A DNA stretch of 63,585 nucleotides, the filler included, from Salisapilia sapeloensis CBS 127946 (taxonomy: Eukaryota > Protista > Oomycota): the NCBI GenBank assembly GCA_023334545.1. It is 13 parts of 13 records of this genome, joined end to end, with 100 filler letters (N's around TTAATTAATTAA, not from the genome) between each part and the next. Parts side by side here need not be neighbours in the genome. Positions count along the whole stretch, not along the records: positions 27,804 to 43,658 come from JAADVB010000360.1; positions 43,759 to 44,922 come from JAADVB010001277.1; positions 45,023 to 47,330 come from JAADVB010000922.1; 10 more parts are not named here. One strand, given 5' to 3'. The translations under genes and the position numbers were made by a program. This document shows positions 34,946 through 46,811 of this stretch, one piece after another (within the stretch, counting starts at the first letter, position 1; every line of letters begins with the position of its first letter). The notes under the pieces are model-generated. The model did no database searches, was not told where the DNA came from, and saw only the letters and a program-made list of their open reading frames with translations.

Positions 34946-37900
34946 ATGGAAGGAGCAGAGGTAGAGAGACGAGCACCGGAGAGTATAGAATCAGGAAGTA
35001 GTGTACCGTCGGATGCTAGATGGAAGCTAGCTTTCCAGCAACTTCGTTTCATTGACACATTGAACGACGACTTAGAAGAATTGAGCAAGAAGGATATCAA
35101 GCATTACCAAGAAGATATTTCTGCTGTCTCGCTTTTATGCAGTGTGCCGTTTTTCTATTTTTTATCGCCTGAAGAGATCACGGAGCTTGGCCAGTCCTGC
35201 TCGGAGCAGACAATTTCCAAAGGAAAAAGCATTTCTTCATCTCTTTCAAATGGAAGCCTAGAGGAGTTCTGCATCGTTTCCAAGGGGAAGCTAATAGTCA
35301 AGAACAAACAGCAGAAACATCTTGATGATACCATTTCGATACAGCAGACCGAGCTAGGGATTGGAAGCTATTATCTCATGCAAGAGTCCGTAGAGATACC
35401 CTCCGCAACTGAGGACACTACGTGTTTAATGATTTCCATGCAGGTACATTTTGACTATTGTACTTTTACTATAAATATGCAGCTTAATCTGTATGTACCA
35501 TGTAGACGATTGAGCGCATAAATTTTGAATCCGCCGTGGCCATTCGAGCATCGGCTTGTTCATCAGACGGCTACTTGCAAGAGGTACTTTAGACCTATCT
35601 ACCACAGAAAGATTTGTCTATTTATTATCATTTGCCAATATAGATGGAGAACCTCCGACATTGGACGAAGCAGTACGGATCGACGGAGGACGAAGCTGTG
35701 AACGAAGAACATACGAGCGACGAATCGGAAGGGTTCGCGAATTGCTCGATGACCACCTTCACGAAAGACCATTTGTCGCACATTTGTCCCGAGAATGAGC
35801 TCGACCATACTCTCGACTATGTCAAAACAGCACTCATCTCTGTTTTTAACGCAAGCAGAATGCACATCTACGTCGTTGACACGGAACAGCAACAACTTTT
35901 TATTAAGGTGCTCGCGTATAAGTATTTGGTTTATAGCAACTTATCTCATCTCCATTTTCACACTCTAGTTCGCGGATGAATATGTCGCCAATCCCTGTAT
36001 CGAAATGGATGAAGGCATCGGAAAATGGATGATGGAGAAAAAGTCTCCTATGTTTATTGACAATACTACCGATCGCCTCAACGAAGACTTATATCGTTTT
36101 GATGAATGCTCATTATCAACCCCATTCATGGAATATACATCGAACGGTCCAAGAACAGACAAAGTTGTTGGTATCCTAGAACTGGTACTAGATAAGCGCG
36201 TAAAATCCGTGAACGAGCCATCAACAGCAGCTGAAGCTCAGCCAACGCTTACAGCTTCCAAAAATGATTTTAAGATATTAAAAGCGATGACGGAAGCTTT
36301 GAATCGTTACCTGCACTTCCATTGCGAAGGTTTCTTTAGTTTGGATGAGATGAATGTCGTCAGTCAAGACGACGGGGAGAAGATGGACCCGACCGTACGG
36401 AAATCGGTTAGAACATCTTTCACTGAGATACTGCCAGCGCCCAACACCCCCGTTGCACCTGCGACGACGCACCTCGTTGCAAAAGTTACTGGTCTTAGTC
36501 TGACACTGCCAGACGTCATTTGCAAGGCTAGAGTAAGTATACGTTTAGGTGAAGAGGCCATTGCTGTTGTGACGAGCGCCGTCCATGCTGCAAAAGAGAA
36601 GACTTCTGGTTCTGGACAGTCCCGCGTCTGGACAGTCGAAAGCAAAGATGTGGCTAGTATGCCACTAGCAGACGTCCCTCATGGCTCTCACATCTTAATA
36701 GAGTTTTTAAAGAACAGCGGTGTCTGCGCTGCATGGTCTGGCATTCATTTATTCGACTTTGGTCATAACATGCGTCTAGGCAAATGGGCACTAAACGTTC
36801 AGAAATCCACAAGTCCTCTTTCCGCTCTATCAATTGAAAATTGTGCGCGAAAATCAATCCAGGGGAAGATGTGCTACGCTGGAAACGTCCAGCTTACGCT
36901 CGAAAGCCATGGGGCGCGCGTTCAGTCCTTCTCATACTCGAGTGTGGAGGAGAAAGAGGAGAAAGAGAAGAAAGTATCATTTAGAGCATCTATCTTTCGT
37001 AGTAGTATTGATACGCCCATCTCACCTGTGATTTCCATTGACACTTCCCTCGATATGCTATCAAACGAGGAACAGGAACTACTTCAAAGGATACGTCATG
37101 ACCCTATCGTCGATTTAACTGCAGATCAACGCCGCTTTTTGTGGGATTCGAGAGAGACGCTTGCTCAAGATGCAGCCCTTTTGCCAGCGTTTCTCTCATC
37201 TGTAAATTGGAGCCACCGCGAGTATGTGCTTGAAGCTTATCGGATGATGCATTGCTGGTGCCAACCAACGTACTTGCAAGCGCTACAATTGCTTAGTCCT
37301 CATTATGCGGATCCAAAAGTTCGAGCGTATGCAGTACGGTGCATGGACGGATTATCAGACCATCGACTACGGCTACTTCTTTTACAGCTAGTTCAGGCGC
37401 TCAAGCACGAGAGGTACCACGACTCTGCGCTCGCTCGTTTCCTACTTCGTAGAGGTCTGCGGAACTCTCCCGAGATTGGATACTTGCTTTTCTGGTACCT
37501 CAAAGCGGAAATGCATTTGGATGAGACTGCAGAGAGATTCAAATTCCTAGCTGACCAATACCTGGAACTATGTGGAAGTCACAGACTCGAAATCCGACAG
37601 TCTGACTATATCATGACGCAACTGGTACGCGTTGCCATGCAGGTGAAGAAGCAGACATCAGATGCAGATCGCATCCAAACCCTACATTCTCAATTGAATC
37701 GTCTCGTCCTTCCAGCGGCATTCCAGGTATACCTTAAACGTGTGCATATTATTTTATTTTTAATACTTACAACTTATTTATCAAAGTTACCACTCCATCC
37801 TCGTGTCTTTTGCTCGTCAATTCAAGTTGAAAAGTGCCGAGTGATGGACTCCAGTAAGCGGCCTCTCATGTTGCAATTCGTGAACACGAAGCCACAGCAC

Positions 37901-38830
37901 GGAGACCCTTTCATGATCTTCAAATGTGGTGATGACCTTCGTCAAGACCAGCTCGTGTTACAATTGCTACGTATCATCGAGGACCTTTGGCTCGAGTCTG
38001 ATATTGATTTGCGTCTACTTCCGTACGCATGTGTCGCCACTGGAGATGGCATCGGGATGATTGAGGTTGTGCCGGAGTCCGATACGCTCGCCGGAATCAT
38101 TTATAAACGGCACAAAGGAGCTTGGACAAGGGCTGGTCGGAACGTGTCATCTGCCAAAGATGCGCTTTCGACCAACAAAGTGTTGTCGGAGTGGCTATTC
38201 AAAACGTCTCTAAAGGAGACTGCTAAAGTAGGAAGCATGGATAATGCAGGAATGCCTCCACCTCCAACTTGCTTCTCGCCTCTATTTTCCTCCAGAAAAT
38301 CGAAATATGTGCTTGATCGCGACGAAGATGTTGTGGATAACTTTATGCGATCTTGTGCTGGCTATTGTGTGGCTACGTTCGTGCTGGGCATTGGCGATCG
38401 ACACAATGACAATTTGATGTTACAAAGGTCCGGTAAACTCTTCCACATTGACTTTGGTCATTTCCTAGGTCACATCAAATACTGGGCCGGTATTAAACGT
38501 GAACGTGCTCCGTTTGTACTTACTCCAGCAATGGCACATGTCCTCGGAGGTGAGCATAGTGATCGCTTCCAGGAGTTTAAAAGTTTGGCGATTCAAGCTT
38601 TCCTCGTGTTACGCAAGCACTCGAACTTGCTCATTACTCTACTTGAACTCGCGCTTAGCTGTGGCGTGCCGGAGCTAGCGACAGAGAAAGACATCCACTG
38701 GATGCACAATACTCTGATGCTAAAATTGACCGAAGACGAAGCAAGCAAAAGATTTGAAAAGCTTATCATCGCATCGCTACATACTCGAGCTACTCAAGTC
38801 AACGATGCCGTACACCTGCTCGTTCATTAA
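34946..38830 (+). CDS. Phosphoinositide 3-kinase (class I-like C2-PIK-catalytic core) with N-terminal cNMP-binding and GAF domains, multi-exon
   Basis: Helical PIK domain (VRAYAV, LVQALKHE..HDSALARFLL), KCRVMDSSKRPL, FKCGDDLRQD, GIGDRHNDN, HIDFGHFLG, ERAPFVLT. Exon 1 is cNMP-like (VPFFYFLSPEEI..L..IVSKGKL..GSYY); the 35770-36200 region is GAF-like. Confidence 0.9.
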
Positions 38831-39030
38831 GGACTGGTGGCTATAAGACCTCACAATACATTCAACTACTTTGCTTTCTTTCGTACTAGTACATCCTGTC
38901 GAGTAGATGGGACGGACAAATGTCCACCGTGTTGAAGTCCATGCGACTCTTCATGGTGTGATCACTCGCAAAACTTCACTTCGAATCGCCATCAGGACAT
39001 CCATTCGCTTCCGCTGGCCTGTAGTGCGTC

Positions 39031-40374
39031 ATGGCGATGGATTCCGATCATAAGGAACACCCGCAATTAGTAGAAGAAGACTCGAATGACGGATATAGTC
39101 GTAATTATGAAAACCGGAAATGGTCGATGGAAGAGAGCGTCACGGTGGATGAATCGACTGAGAACCAGTGGATCGACAACCCACATACGATCACTTGCGC
39201 TCTACTTTTGATCATATGGATCGTATACGCTGCTTTCCACGACACGGCCAATGTCTCGGATGATCCGGAGGAACAACGAGTGGAGAATATGAAGCGTGGT
39301 GCCAAGTACGCCTGCGTCTTCTTCCTCGTCTATTGCATGCTCCAGCTTCCAGACGGTCATTTCCGACGTCCGCACCCGATCGTCTGGAGACTTGTCACTG
39401 GTCTCTTCATCCTGTACGAAATGTTTATGGTCTTCCTACTCTTCCAACGTACCCACGACGCTCGTCAATTTATGAAAATCTTCGACTCGTCACTCGGTGT
39501 CGAGCTGCCGGAAGAAACGTACGCAGCCGACTGCCGTGTGTTTACACCAGAAGACCCCGAGTCCAACTATGCCAACATCCGTAACGCTCTGTTCGATCGC
39601 TTCGTGCTTATGCACTTCTTCGGCTGGTTCATTGGCGCATTGATGGTCCGTTCCTACCTCATCTGCTGGACGCTGTCGATCCTATTCGAGTTCTACGAAG
39701 TCACGTTCAGCCACTGGCTGGCTAATTTCAACGAATGCTGGTGGGACCACCTTCTCTTTGACATTTTCTCCTGCAACGCTGCAGGCATCTACCTCGGCAT
39801 GAAGGTTTGTCGTTGGTTTGAAATGAAAAAGTATAATTGGGTCGGGATTCGCAAGATCCCGGACATTGGCGGCAAAGCCCGTCGTGCATTAGCTCAATTC
39901 ACGCCTGCCTACTGGCTCGCCTACCACTGGAAGATCACACGATCGGCCGACCGTTTCTGGCGTGTCTTTGCCATGCTCACGCTCCTCTCGATCATGCTCC
40001 TCAATTCGTTCTTCCTAAAGACCGTGCTATGGATCCCAGCTTCGAGCACATTGAACGTGTACAGACTCCTGATCTGGTACTCTGCCGGTAGCTACGCCGT
40101 CGCCGAGTACTACATCTTCACGACCTTCACCGTCCATCATGAAGGAGATGGTCCTCGACCGGTGAAGAAGCTAGGTCCAAGAGCTTGGCTAGGCGTCGTA
40201 GTCGTGTCCACCGAGCTGTGCGTCATCGCTAAGCACGGCCAAGGCATGTTCACTGCTCCCTTCCCACTGTACGTCAAAGTCGGTTGGGCCATCTTCTTCA
40301 CACTCCTCTTTGTCGGTTCTACGATCTACTTTGCTTGCCTCCATCGCGAACAAGATAGTAAAAAGACGCAGTAG
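39031..40374 (+). CDS. PTDSS: Phosphatidylserine synthase (base-exchange PTDSS type)
   Basis: DGHFRRPHPIVWR, YAADCR, DRFVLMHFFGW, FEFYEVTFSH.L.NFNECWWDH..DIF.CN. Confidence 0.95.
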   Translation: MAMDSDHKEHPQLVEEDSNDGYSRNYENRKWSMEESVTVDESTENQWIDNPHTITCALLLIIWIVYAAFHDTANVSDDPEEQRVENMKRGAKYACVFFLVYCMLQLPDGHFRRPHPIVWRLVTGLFILYEMFMVFLLFQRTHDARQFMKIFDSSLGVELPEETYAADCRVFTPEDPESNYANIRNALFDRFVLMHFFGWFIGALMVRSYLICWTLSILFEFYEVTFSHWLANFNECWWDHLLFDIFSCNAAGIYLGMKVCRWFEMKKYNWVGIRKIPDIGGKARRALAQFTPAYWLAYHWKITRSADRFWRVFAMLTLLSIMLLNSFFLKTVLWIPASSTLNVYRLLIWYSAGSYAVAEYYIFTTFTVHHEGDGPRPVKKLGPRAWLGVVVVSTELCVIAKHGQGMFTAPFPLYVKVGWAIFFTLLFVGSTIYFACLHREQDSKKTQ

Positions 40375-40424
40375 ACAAAGCCTCAATCACCCGTTTTCCT
40401 TTCTTATCTCTCTTCCTACCCGAC

Positions 40425-42278
40425 TTAGTGATGGAACAGACGCAAGTTCGAAAACGCCATCGTGATACCATGCTCTTCACATGCACTCTTCACGTCCGAG
40501 TCACGCGTGCTTCCACCTGGCTGCGTAATGAACGACACACCGAGCTTAGTCGCATGGTCGATCGAATCACGGAACGGGAAGAAAGCGTCCGACGCCAAGC
40601 TTACACCTGACAGTTCCGTCAAGAATGTTTCTTTCTCTTCCGTCGTCAACGGCTCCGGCACCGTCTCGAAGAGCGCATTGAACGTCTCCAACTCGGCAGG
40701 AGCCATGTCGCCTTCAATGTATCGGACACGAGCGTTCACACGCTCTTGACGCTTGACAGTGCTCTTGAAAGCCAATGACTGGACCTTGGGGTGCTGGCGC
40801 AGGCGCCAGATACCGAGCTTGCGTCCAGCCAACTTGACGCAGTCGACACGAGACTGTTGGCCGGCACCGACACCGATCATCTGACCGTCTTTGGCATACC
40901 CGACAGAGTTCGATTGCGTGTACTTGAGGGTGATGGCAGCTAAGATCAAGTCGCGTTCACTGGCATTGGAGAGCTCTCCGCCGCTAGTGGTCTGCACATC
41001 CTTCAGATGTTCCTTCCCGAAGACAACGTCATTGCGTTTCTGGGAGAAGACGACGCCAGCCACTTCTCGGTACTCGACGTCCGGCAGCGAGAAGTCGGCA
41101 TCAGCTTCCAACACGATGAACTTACCACCCTTCTTGCTCTTCAGTAGTTCGAACGCCGCGGGCTCATAGCCAGGGGCGATGATACCGTCGCTCACTTCAC
41201 GCTTAAGAACCTTGGCCGTGGCTTCGTCCACGACGTCACTCACAGCGACAAAGTCACCAAAGGAAGAGAGCGGGTCAGCGTTACGAGCACGCAAGTAGGC
41301 AGTGGACAGAGGCGTCAGTTGGGCACTACCGACTTCATATGCCGAGTGCAGCGATTCATCCAAGTCCACTGCGACGGCAGCACCTGCTGGACTCACGTGC
41401 TTGAAGGACGCAGCAGCAGGCAGATTAAGCGACTGACGGAGCTCCTTTACAAGCTGATAAGCGTTCGTAGCGTCCAGGAGGTTGATGTATCCTGGCGTTC
41501 CGTTGAGGACCTTGAAAGGGAGCTTGGAGCCAAGGAGACTGAAGATGGCCGCGGGCTTCTGGTGCGGGTTGCAACCGTACTTGAGGTCCATCTCGTGCGC
41601 GTACTCGCGGGTGAGGCTGCTTGCGGACTGGCCGAGCTGACTGTTGATCCAGGACGAGATTGCTGAATCGTACGAGGCAGACAGCGTGAAGGCAGCAGCG
41701 GCACAACGACGACGGAAGGCCAGTGTCGTGGCAAACGAGTCTTCGTGCGACTGGAGCTCGTGCATAAGCTCCGGGTATTGGGCAGGAGACGAGCAAATGA
41801 CGACCGCACGGTGGTTCTTGGCGGAAGATCGGAGCATGGAGGGTCCTCCAATGTCAATGTTCTCCACACAAGTGTCAAAGTCAGCACCAGTGGCGACAGC
41901 TTCACGGAAGGCGTAGAGGTTGAGGACGACGAGGTCGATGGGCGCGATACCGTTCTCCTGCATCTCCTTCTCGTGCTGCGCGTTGCCACGAACGCCGAGC
42001 AATCCACCATGGATTTTCGGGTGTAGCGTCTTGACACGACCGTCCATGATCTCCGGGGCACCCGTGTGCGTCGAAACATCAGTTACGGGCAAGTCGGCGT
42101 CTCGAAGCGCTTTGGCTGTGCCCCCTGTCGATAGGAGCTCTACACCATGTTGCGAGAGGAATTTCGCCAAATCGACGACACCACTTTTGTCCGAGACGGA
42201 TAGCAATGCACGACGGATAGGCACGAGTTCCGGGGCGTTCGCGCCGGAAGACACGGCGTGGAGGATCGTCTTGCTCAT
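40425..42278 (-). CDS. ATIC: Bifunctional AICAR transformylase / IMP cyclohydrolase
   Basis: RALLSVSDKSG, STGGTA, GRVKTLHP, IDIGGPSMLRSSAKNH, LKYGCNPHQ, SFKHVSPAGAA, SDAFFPFRD, RLFHH*. Confidence 0.98.
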   Translation of the reverse strand: MSKTILHAVSSGANAPELVPIRRALLSVSDKSGVVDLAKFLSQHGVELLSTGGTAKALRDADLPVTDVSTHTGAPEIMDGRVKTLHPKIHGGLLGVRGNAQHEKEMQENGIAPIDLVVLNLYAFREAVATGADFDTCVENIDIGGPSMLRSSAKNHRAVVICSSPAQYPELMHELQSHEDSFATTLAFRRRCAAAAFTLSASYDSAISSWINSQLGQSASSLTREYAHEMDLKYGCNPHQKPAAIFSLLGSKLPFKVLNGTPGYINLLDATNAYQLVKELRQSLNLPAAASFKHVSPAGAAVAVDLDESLHSAYEVGSAQLTPLSTAYLRARNADPLSSFGDFVAVSDVVDEATAKVLKREVSDGIIAPGYEPAAFELLKSKKGGKFIVLEADADFSLPDVEYREVAGVVFSQKRNDVVFGKEHLKDVQTTSGGELSNASERDLILAAITLKYTQSNSVGYAKDGQMIGVGAGQQSRVDCVKLAGRKLGIWRLRQHPKVQSLAFKSTVKRQERVNARVRYIEGDMAPAELETFNALFETVPEPLTTEEKETFLTELSGVSLASDAFFPFRDSIDHATKLGVSFITQPGGSTRDSDVKSACEEHGITMAFSNLRLFHH

Positions 42279-42553
42279 GATGATCGCGAGTTAGTTTTGA
42301 CGCTGTGGATGGCTCGAGGCGGTTCGATTTAGACTGGAACAAAGTATACTCGGAAAACGGCTAACATGGCGATTGTTGAAGTTAAGGACGTGGTAATCTC
42401 ATACTGAGCACAAGTGGTTGAAGGACGTGGCAACGTAGGAATTTATGTGTCATATTGAAGTAGAAGTAACATGAGAGCACTCGAATGGGCTTGTTCATGA
42501 GAACGGACAGTGGCATGATGTATTGACTCAACTAGAGAGGATATAGCTATGTT

Positions 42554-43050
42554 CTAAAGCCATCCAAGCATACGAACGCCTGCTTCAATCGATAGGAATA
42601 GCATGCCGAGGGTGCCGATGTAGCCTATTTTGTACGAGACATTAGATTGTGTATCATTTTCCAGTGGAATAAAAGTATTGTACCAAAAGCTCCTCGTAGA
42701 CGCTTGGACGGATCACCGGTCGAGTATCCCTGCACATAGGCGACGAAGGCAGCGAGTCGGATGACACCACAAATCGCAGCGATTTCTGGTCGCAAGATGC
42801 TCGATGTCACTTGCAGCGCTACCGTCATCGGCATCTTTTCACTGAGGTTTTGCTCAGCTCGTAGGATGCAGTTGAACTTGTTGTAGTACTTGTGGTCTTT
42901 CTCGGCGTACATTTGCGGGTACGGAACATTGTAAGCCTTGCGAGCTTGACCCACGCGGATGCCAGCCCACATCTCGACGAAAGAATATCCAACGATGAGC
43001 AGTGGCACGTAACCATGGGCTTGCTGGAGCTGCAGTGCAACGGTCGACAT
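42554..43050 (-). CDS. MGST3: MAPEG family (microsomal glutathione S-transferase 3-like), 2 exons
   Basis: ARKAYNVPYPQMYA, FNCILRAEQN..E, YVQGYSTGDPSKRLRGAF; an intron near 42625-42683 continues into GYIGTLGMLFL..WL*. Confidence 0.88.
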
Positions 43051-43101
43051 GATGAAAGAGGATGCTAAGGTCGACTTGCGAGGTGAGTTGCAGAAGCGAT
43101 A

Positions 43102-43658
43102 ATGGCAGACATGGATTGGATGGAAGGATGTCAGAATGTGTGTAAGATACAGCCGATACCGGTCGGACTTCGACAGCCTTATTGCCTTTCAAAATCACTG
43201 GAACGTCATCCATTTTTCAGCTTATTTCCGAATCAGTCATATTCTACATGGGAACGAGCTACCCCCGACTATCCCAGCTACTATGGCCACTTCAAGCTAG
43301 AGTACGAAGATGTCAAGTACGAATATGAAGGCCCAGTTGATAAGTGCTGTGCCATCATGTCCCCCGTTTATGACAACGCGGCACTAGCAGCTTTCAAACA
43401 TCTACCTGTCTTTGAAGAAGGCGACCCAACCATTCCGCCAGAAGGAGAGAGTACGGCTTCAAGTGGTTCGACTGGAAGCAGTTGTAATGGAGACAGTTCT
43501 ACCGGAAGCAGTTCGGTCGCAGCGGCTAGAAGGCTGGCGGCCCGCGACACCGTAGAGGAGGTGCCAGCCATGGCGATGGAAGGCCACGACACGAAAACCG
43601 CAGAGAAGTCACCACCGAGAGCAAGTCGTCGGCTAATGGAAGTTTCGAGCCCGAGTGA
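43102..43658 (+). CDS. Hypothetical Cys-containing protein with Ser/Gly linker and RRL motifs (runs off the contig)
   Basis: Open ORF without a signal peptide; reads like the C-terminal portion of an extracellular protein. Confidence 0.4.
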
Positions 43659-43758
43659 NNNNNNNNNNNNNNNNNNNNNNNNNNNNNNNNNNNNNNNNNN
43701 NNTTAATTAATTAANNNNNNNNNNNNNNNNNNNNNNNNNNNNNNNNNNNNNNNNNNNN

Positions 43759-44679
43759 GCATTTCGTTTGCGATTGATGCCGACAGATTGGACACGTCGT
43801 GCTCACGACGAACCAGTCCAGGAGACAGCACTCGTGGAATTGGTGGTGGCAAGAGAGTTCCACGACTCCGTTCTCAATCCTAGCGTTGTCCTCTGCAGGC
43901 GAAAGCAGCGCAGTGGCGGAACTTGTATAGTACCGCTCGAAACACACGCTGCAGCTCCAATTCGACTCCGACACCTCCACTCCACGGAGGGACAGGACCG
44001 AGTCCAGAAGAGACTGCGGGAGACCGCTCGGCGTCGACGGGACCTGGAGAAACTGCCTCAGCTCCTCCTCCATCTCCGCCACGTCTGCCATGTGCTCACT
44101 CTCCGACGACGCACAGACGCGACTGTCCTCCAGAAACACCTGCAAATCTGCAAACACCCCTAGCAGCTTCCGAACGAACACCGTGAGCTTCTCCTTTCGC
44201 GCCTCCACGACGCTCGGAGACTCCTTGAAGAGCGTTCGCTTGGGAAAGTCTGGCAGGAGAGGTCTCCGGAGCACATTCGACAGACTCACTAGCTCCTCTT
44301 CGGCCATCAGACCCTCTTGCTCCATTCGTTTCTCCCATGAGCGTACCTGTCGAAGCCACTTCTTCCGGAAGTCGAAGAACTGCGAGAACCGGTGGTCGAC
44401 CGTCCAGCCGTTGGCCATCGCATCACTAGGCCCACACGAGAAGTGCATCCGATATATCGTCGTGGCCATCATGTCTGGGTCTCGCAGGATCAGCGTCTCG
44501 TACGTCCATGCGTGGATCTCCATGCGACTGTAAAAGTGCCACCGAGCTCTTCGGACTCGCCGCCGCTGCTCGGGACCCAGGGCAGTGTCATTCCTAGCTA
44601 TCAATCGGACTTTGCTCTCGGACTTTTGCGTGGAAGACCACAGGCCCAGCGAGAAGAGGGCGAAGAGCAGTGCCAGCAT
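43759..44679 (-). CDS. PX-domain + RING-H2 finger protein (3' end at contig edge)
   Basis: WTVDHRFSQFFDFRK..DFPKRTLF..VVEARKEKL (PX); CSVCFERY..LSCHHQFHECCLLDWF..TCPICR (RING-H2). Confidence 0.88.
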
Positions 44680-44782
44680 GTCGATTACTGCTCGAAATGC
44701 GCAAGCACATAGAGAGATGAGAGGTGAGAGAGAAAGAAAAGAGAGAGTTTGAAGTTACGTTGAAATAGTTTCCTGTGTTAAG

Positions 44783-44922
44783 CTACATGTCGCCTCCGTC
44801 GCCGCCAAAGTCTCCTCCGTCGTCTCCACCTCCGCCAGCCTCCATGTCTCCCGGATTGTCGTTATCTAGAGCTTCGCCCAGAAGCATACCGCCGAGCAGT
44901 CCACCTCCGACGCCTGCTGCCA
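44783..44922 (-). CDS. C-terminal fragment of a Gly/Asp-rich protein
   Basis: AAGVGGGLLGGMLLGEALDNDNPGDMEAGGGGDDGGDFGGDGGDM*; 5' part missing. Confidence 0.6.
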
Positions 44923-45024
44923 NNNNNNNNNNNNNNNNNNNNNNNNNNNNNNNNNNNNNNNNNNNNTTAATTAATTAANNNNNNNNNNNNNNNNNNNNNN
45001 NNNNNNNNNNNNNNNNNNNNNNAC

Positions 45025-46179
45025 CATCAGAGTCTCATTCATGGTGATCTGAAGGCAAGCAACATTCTCATAAGCGACGATGAGACAGCCAACATTTCCG
45101 ATTTTGGATATAGCCGCGTTCGTACCGAATCAGCAAGCTTAAGCAGCCAACCGTCTTCGAACAACATCCGCTGGAAACCACCAAAGCTTTTGGACGAAAA
45201 AGATGTGACGAACAAAGTTCCGCCAGAATCCGACATCTTTTCCCTTGGTATGTGCTTCTACGAGGTGATTGCTCAAGAGATTCCTTGGAAGGGTTTGAGT
45301 GAAGACAAGATCTGCAGCAACATCCTCGCGCACAACTTGCCACCGCGTCCTGCAAATATCATCGATGAGATGTGGGAGCTAATTGAGGGCACGTACAAGC
45401 CTTATGCTAGCCAACGACTTGAACTTCCACAAGTGATCAAGAAACTCACTAAGCTGTCGAATAAGCAAGTAAAAGGTGAAATCGTAGTCAGCCACATTCC
45501 GGATGACTACTTAAGCGATGACACGTCGAAGCAAACGATTGCGATTGTATCAATGGAAAAAATGTATAAAAGTGAGAATCTTCCACTTAAATCATTCACG
45601 TCTGTAAGATCCAGCGGAAGCTTCGGATCTTCAAGTGGAGACTACTCATTTTCCAGTCGGTTTGATCGTCGATCGTCGATTTCCGATGCCAAGTTGAGAA
45701 AACTGAATCTGGAAGTGAAGCTGCTTCGTACCTCTAACCTTCCTCGTACACGTGTCTTGGTAAGAGTTGAAGTAGAAGGGGTCGTGCATGTCAGCAGTGT
45801 TTCAAAGCACGTCACTTCTGATCCAAGCTGGACTGACAAGGATCCAGCCGAGACGTTCAATTTCAAGATTGAAAACAAGTGCCATGGCACTATCAAGTTG
45901 GAAGTCTACGACGATCGTGGATCAAGTAACGAGGAGCTTGCCAAGGTGAAAACAACACCCGAAAAGTATTTGACAGAAGCCAAGGGATCAAAGCTTACCT
46001 TGTCTTTGGATCTCGAAGAGCGATGGGTGAAGAAGCGAAGAGAGCTACGGTCGACTTCAGAGTGTATAATTTCACTATGCGTGTCTTGGAAAGCGAAAGG
46101 TGATTCAGGAGTGCTCGTCGACGCAGATGACGAATCAGAAGCTGGGGAGTCGTCGGAAATTTCTAGGTATCATTCGTAG
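45025..46179 (+). CDS. TKL-family protein kinase C-lobe fused to a C2 domain (5'-partial)
   Basis: IHGDLKASNILI..ISDFG, SDIFSLGMCFYE, then a C2-like region VHVSSVSK..DPSW..ETFNFKI..IKLEVYD. Confidence 0.8.
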   Translation, partial: HQSLIHGDLKASNILISDDETANISDFGYSRVRTESASLSSQPSSNNIRWKPPKLLDEKDVTNKVPPESDIFSLGMCFYEVIAQEIPWKGLSEDKICSNILAHNLPPRPANIIDEMWELIEGTYKPYASQRLELPQVIKKLTKLSNKQVKGEIVVSHIPDDYLSDDTSKQTIAIVSMEKMYKSENLPLKSFTSVRSSGSFGSSSGDYSFSSRFDRRSSISDAKLRKLNLEVKLLRTSNLPRTRVLVRVEVEGVVHVSSVSKHVTSDPSWTDKDPAETFNFKIENKCHGTIKLEVYDDRGSSNEELAKVKTTPEKYLTEAKGSKLTLSLDLEERWVKKRRELRSTSECIISLCVSWKAKGDSGVLVDADDESEAGESSEISRYHS

Positions 46180-46811
46180 TGCCGTCGTGGCTTGGTAGCC
46201 AAAGAGAAGAGAAGGCAAGATGTGATTGCATTGCATAATTTGGACAGAGAATCTCAAGCTTATGCACGAAATGAAAAAAAACCTGAATCGTCTGTTGGTC
46301 ACATTAACGTATTGATGGAACTGTGAGTCGATGGGAAGTCTTGTAGAGGAAATGCCGAACATTAATGCTATAGACGAGTATCTCGAATGTATGAGAAAGC
46401 GTACCAAGACTGACAAGCTCGTTTTGCAAGCAGCAGCAATAGGTTCATGTCTGTTCACAAGAGATTGCTATAGCATCTGCAAGCTTGTCAAAAACAAGGT
46501 GGTTGCTCTGGCAAAGGTATTATCAATCGTCATTTCTATCAGAAGACAAATTCTATGATATATTAGTAGACACTCGATGAAATGAAAGACTGGAAGGTTG
46601 TGCATCAATGTGTTATGGCATTATCTTCACTATACATATACTACACTCTCCAACATTTGTAAGAGAATATGCAACGAAGACATATACGAATACGTTCAGC
46701 AAACTAACTTTGAGAAGTACAACACAGCCAAGGGAAGATGTCCAGAAAACAATCGTAATACACATTTTGCCGTGACCCATTCCTCTCGTTGCCCTGACTA
46801 CTGGTCTTGCT

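Noticed and set aside
46180-46810. Hydrophobic interrupted minus-strand frames between the two kinases
   Set aside because: There are multiple stops and no identifiable membrane-protein family.
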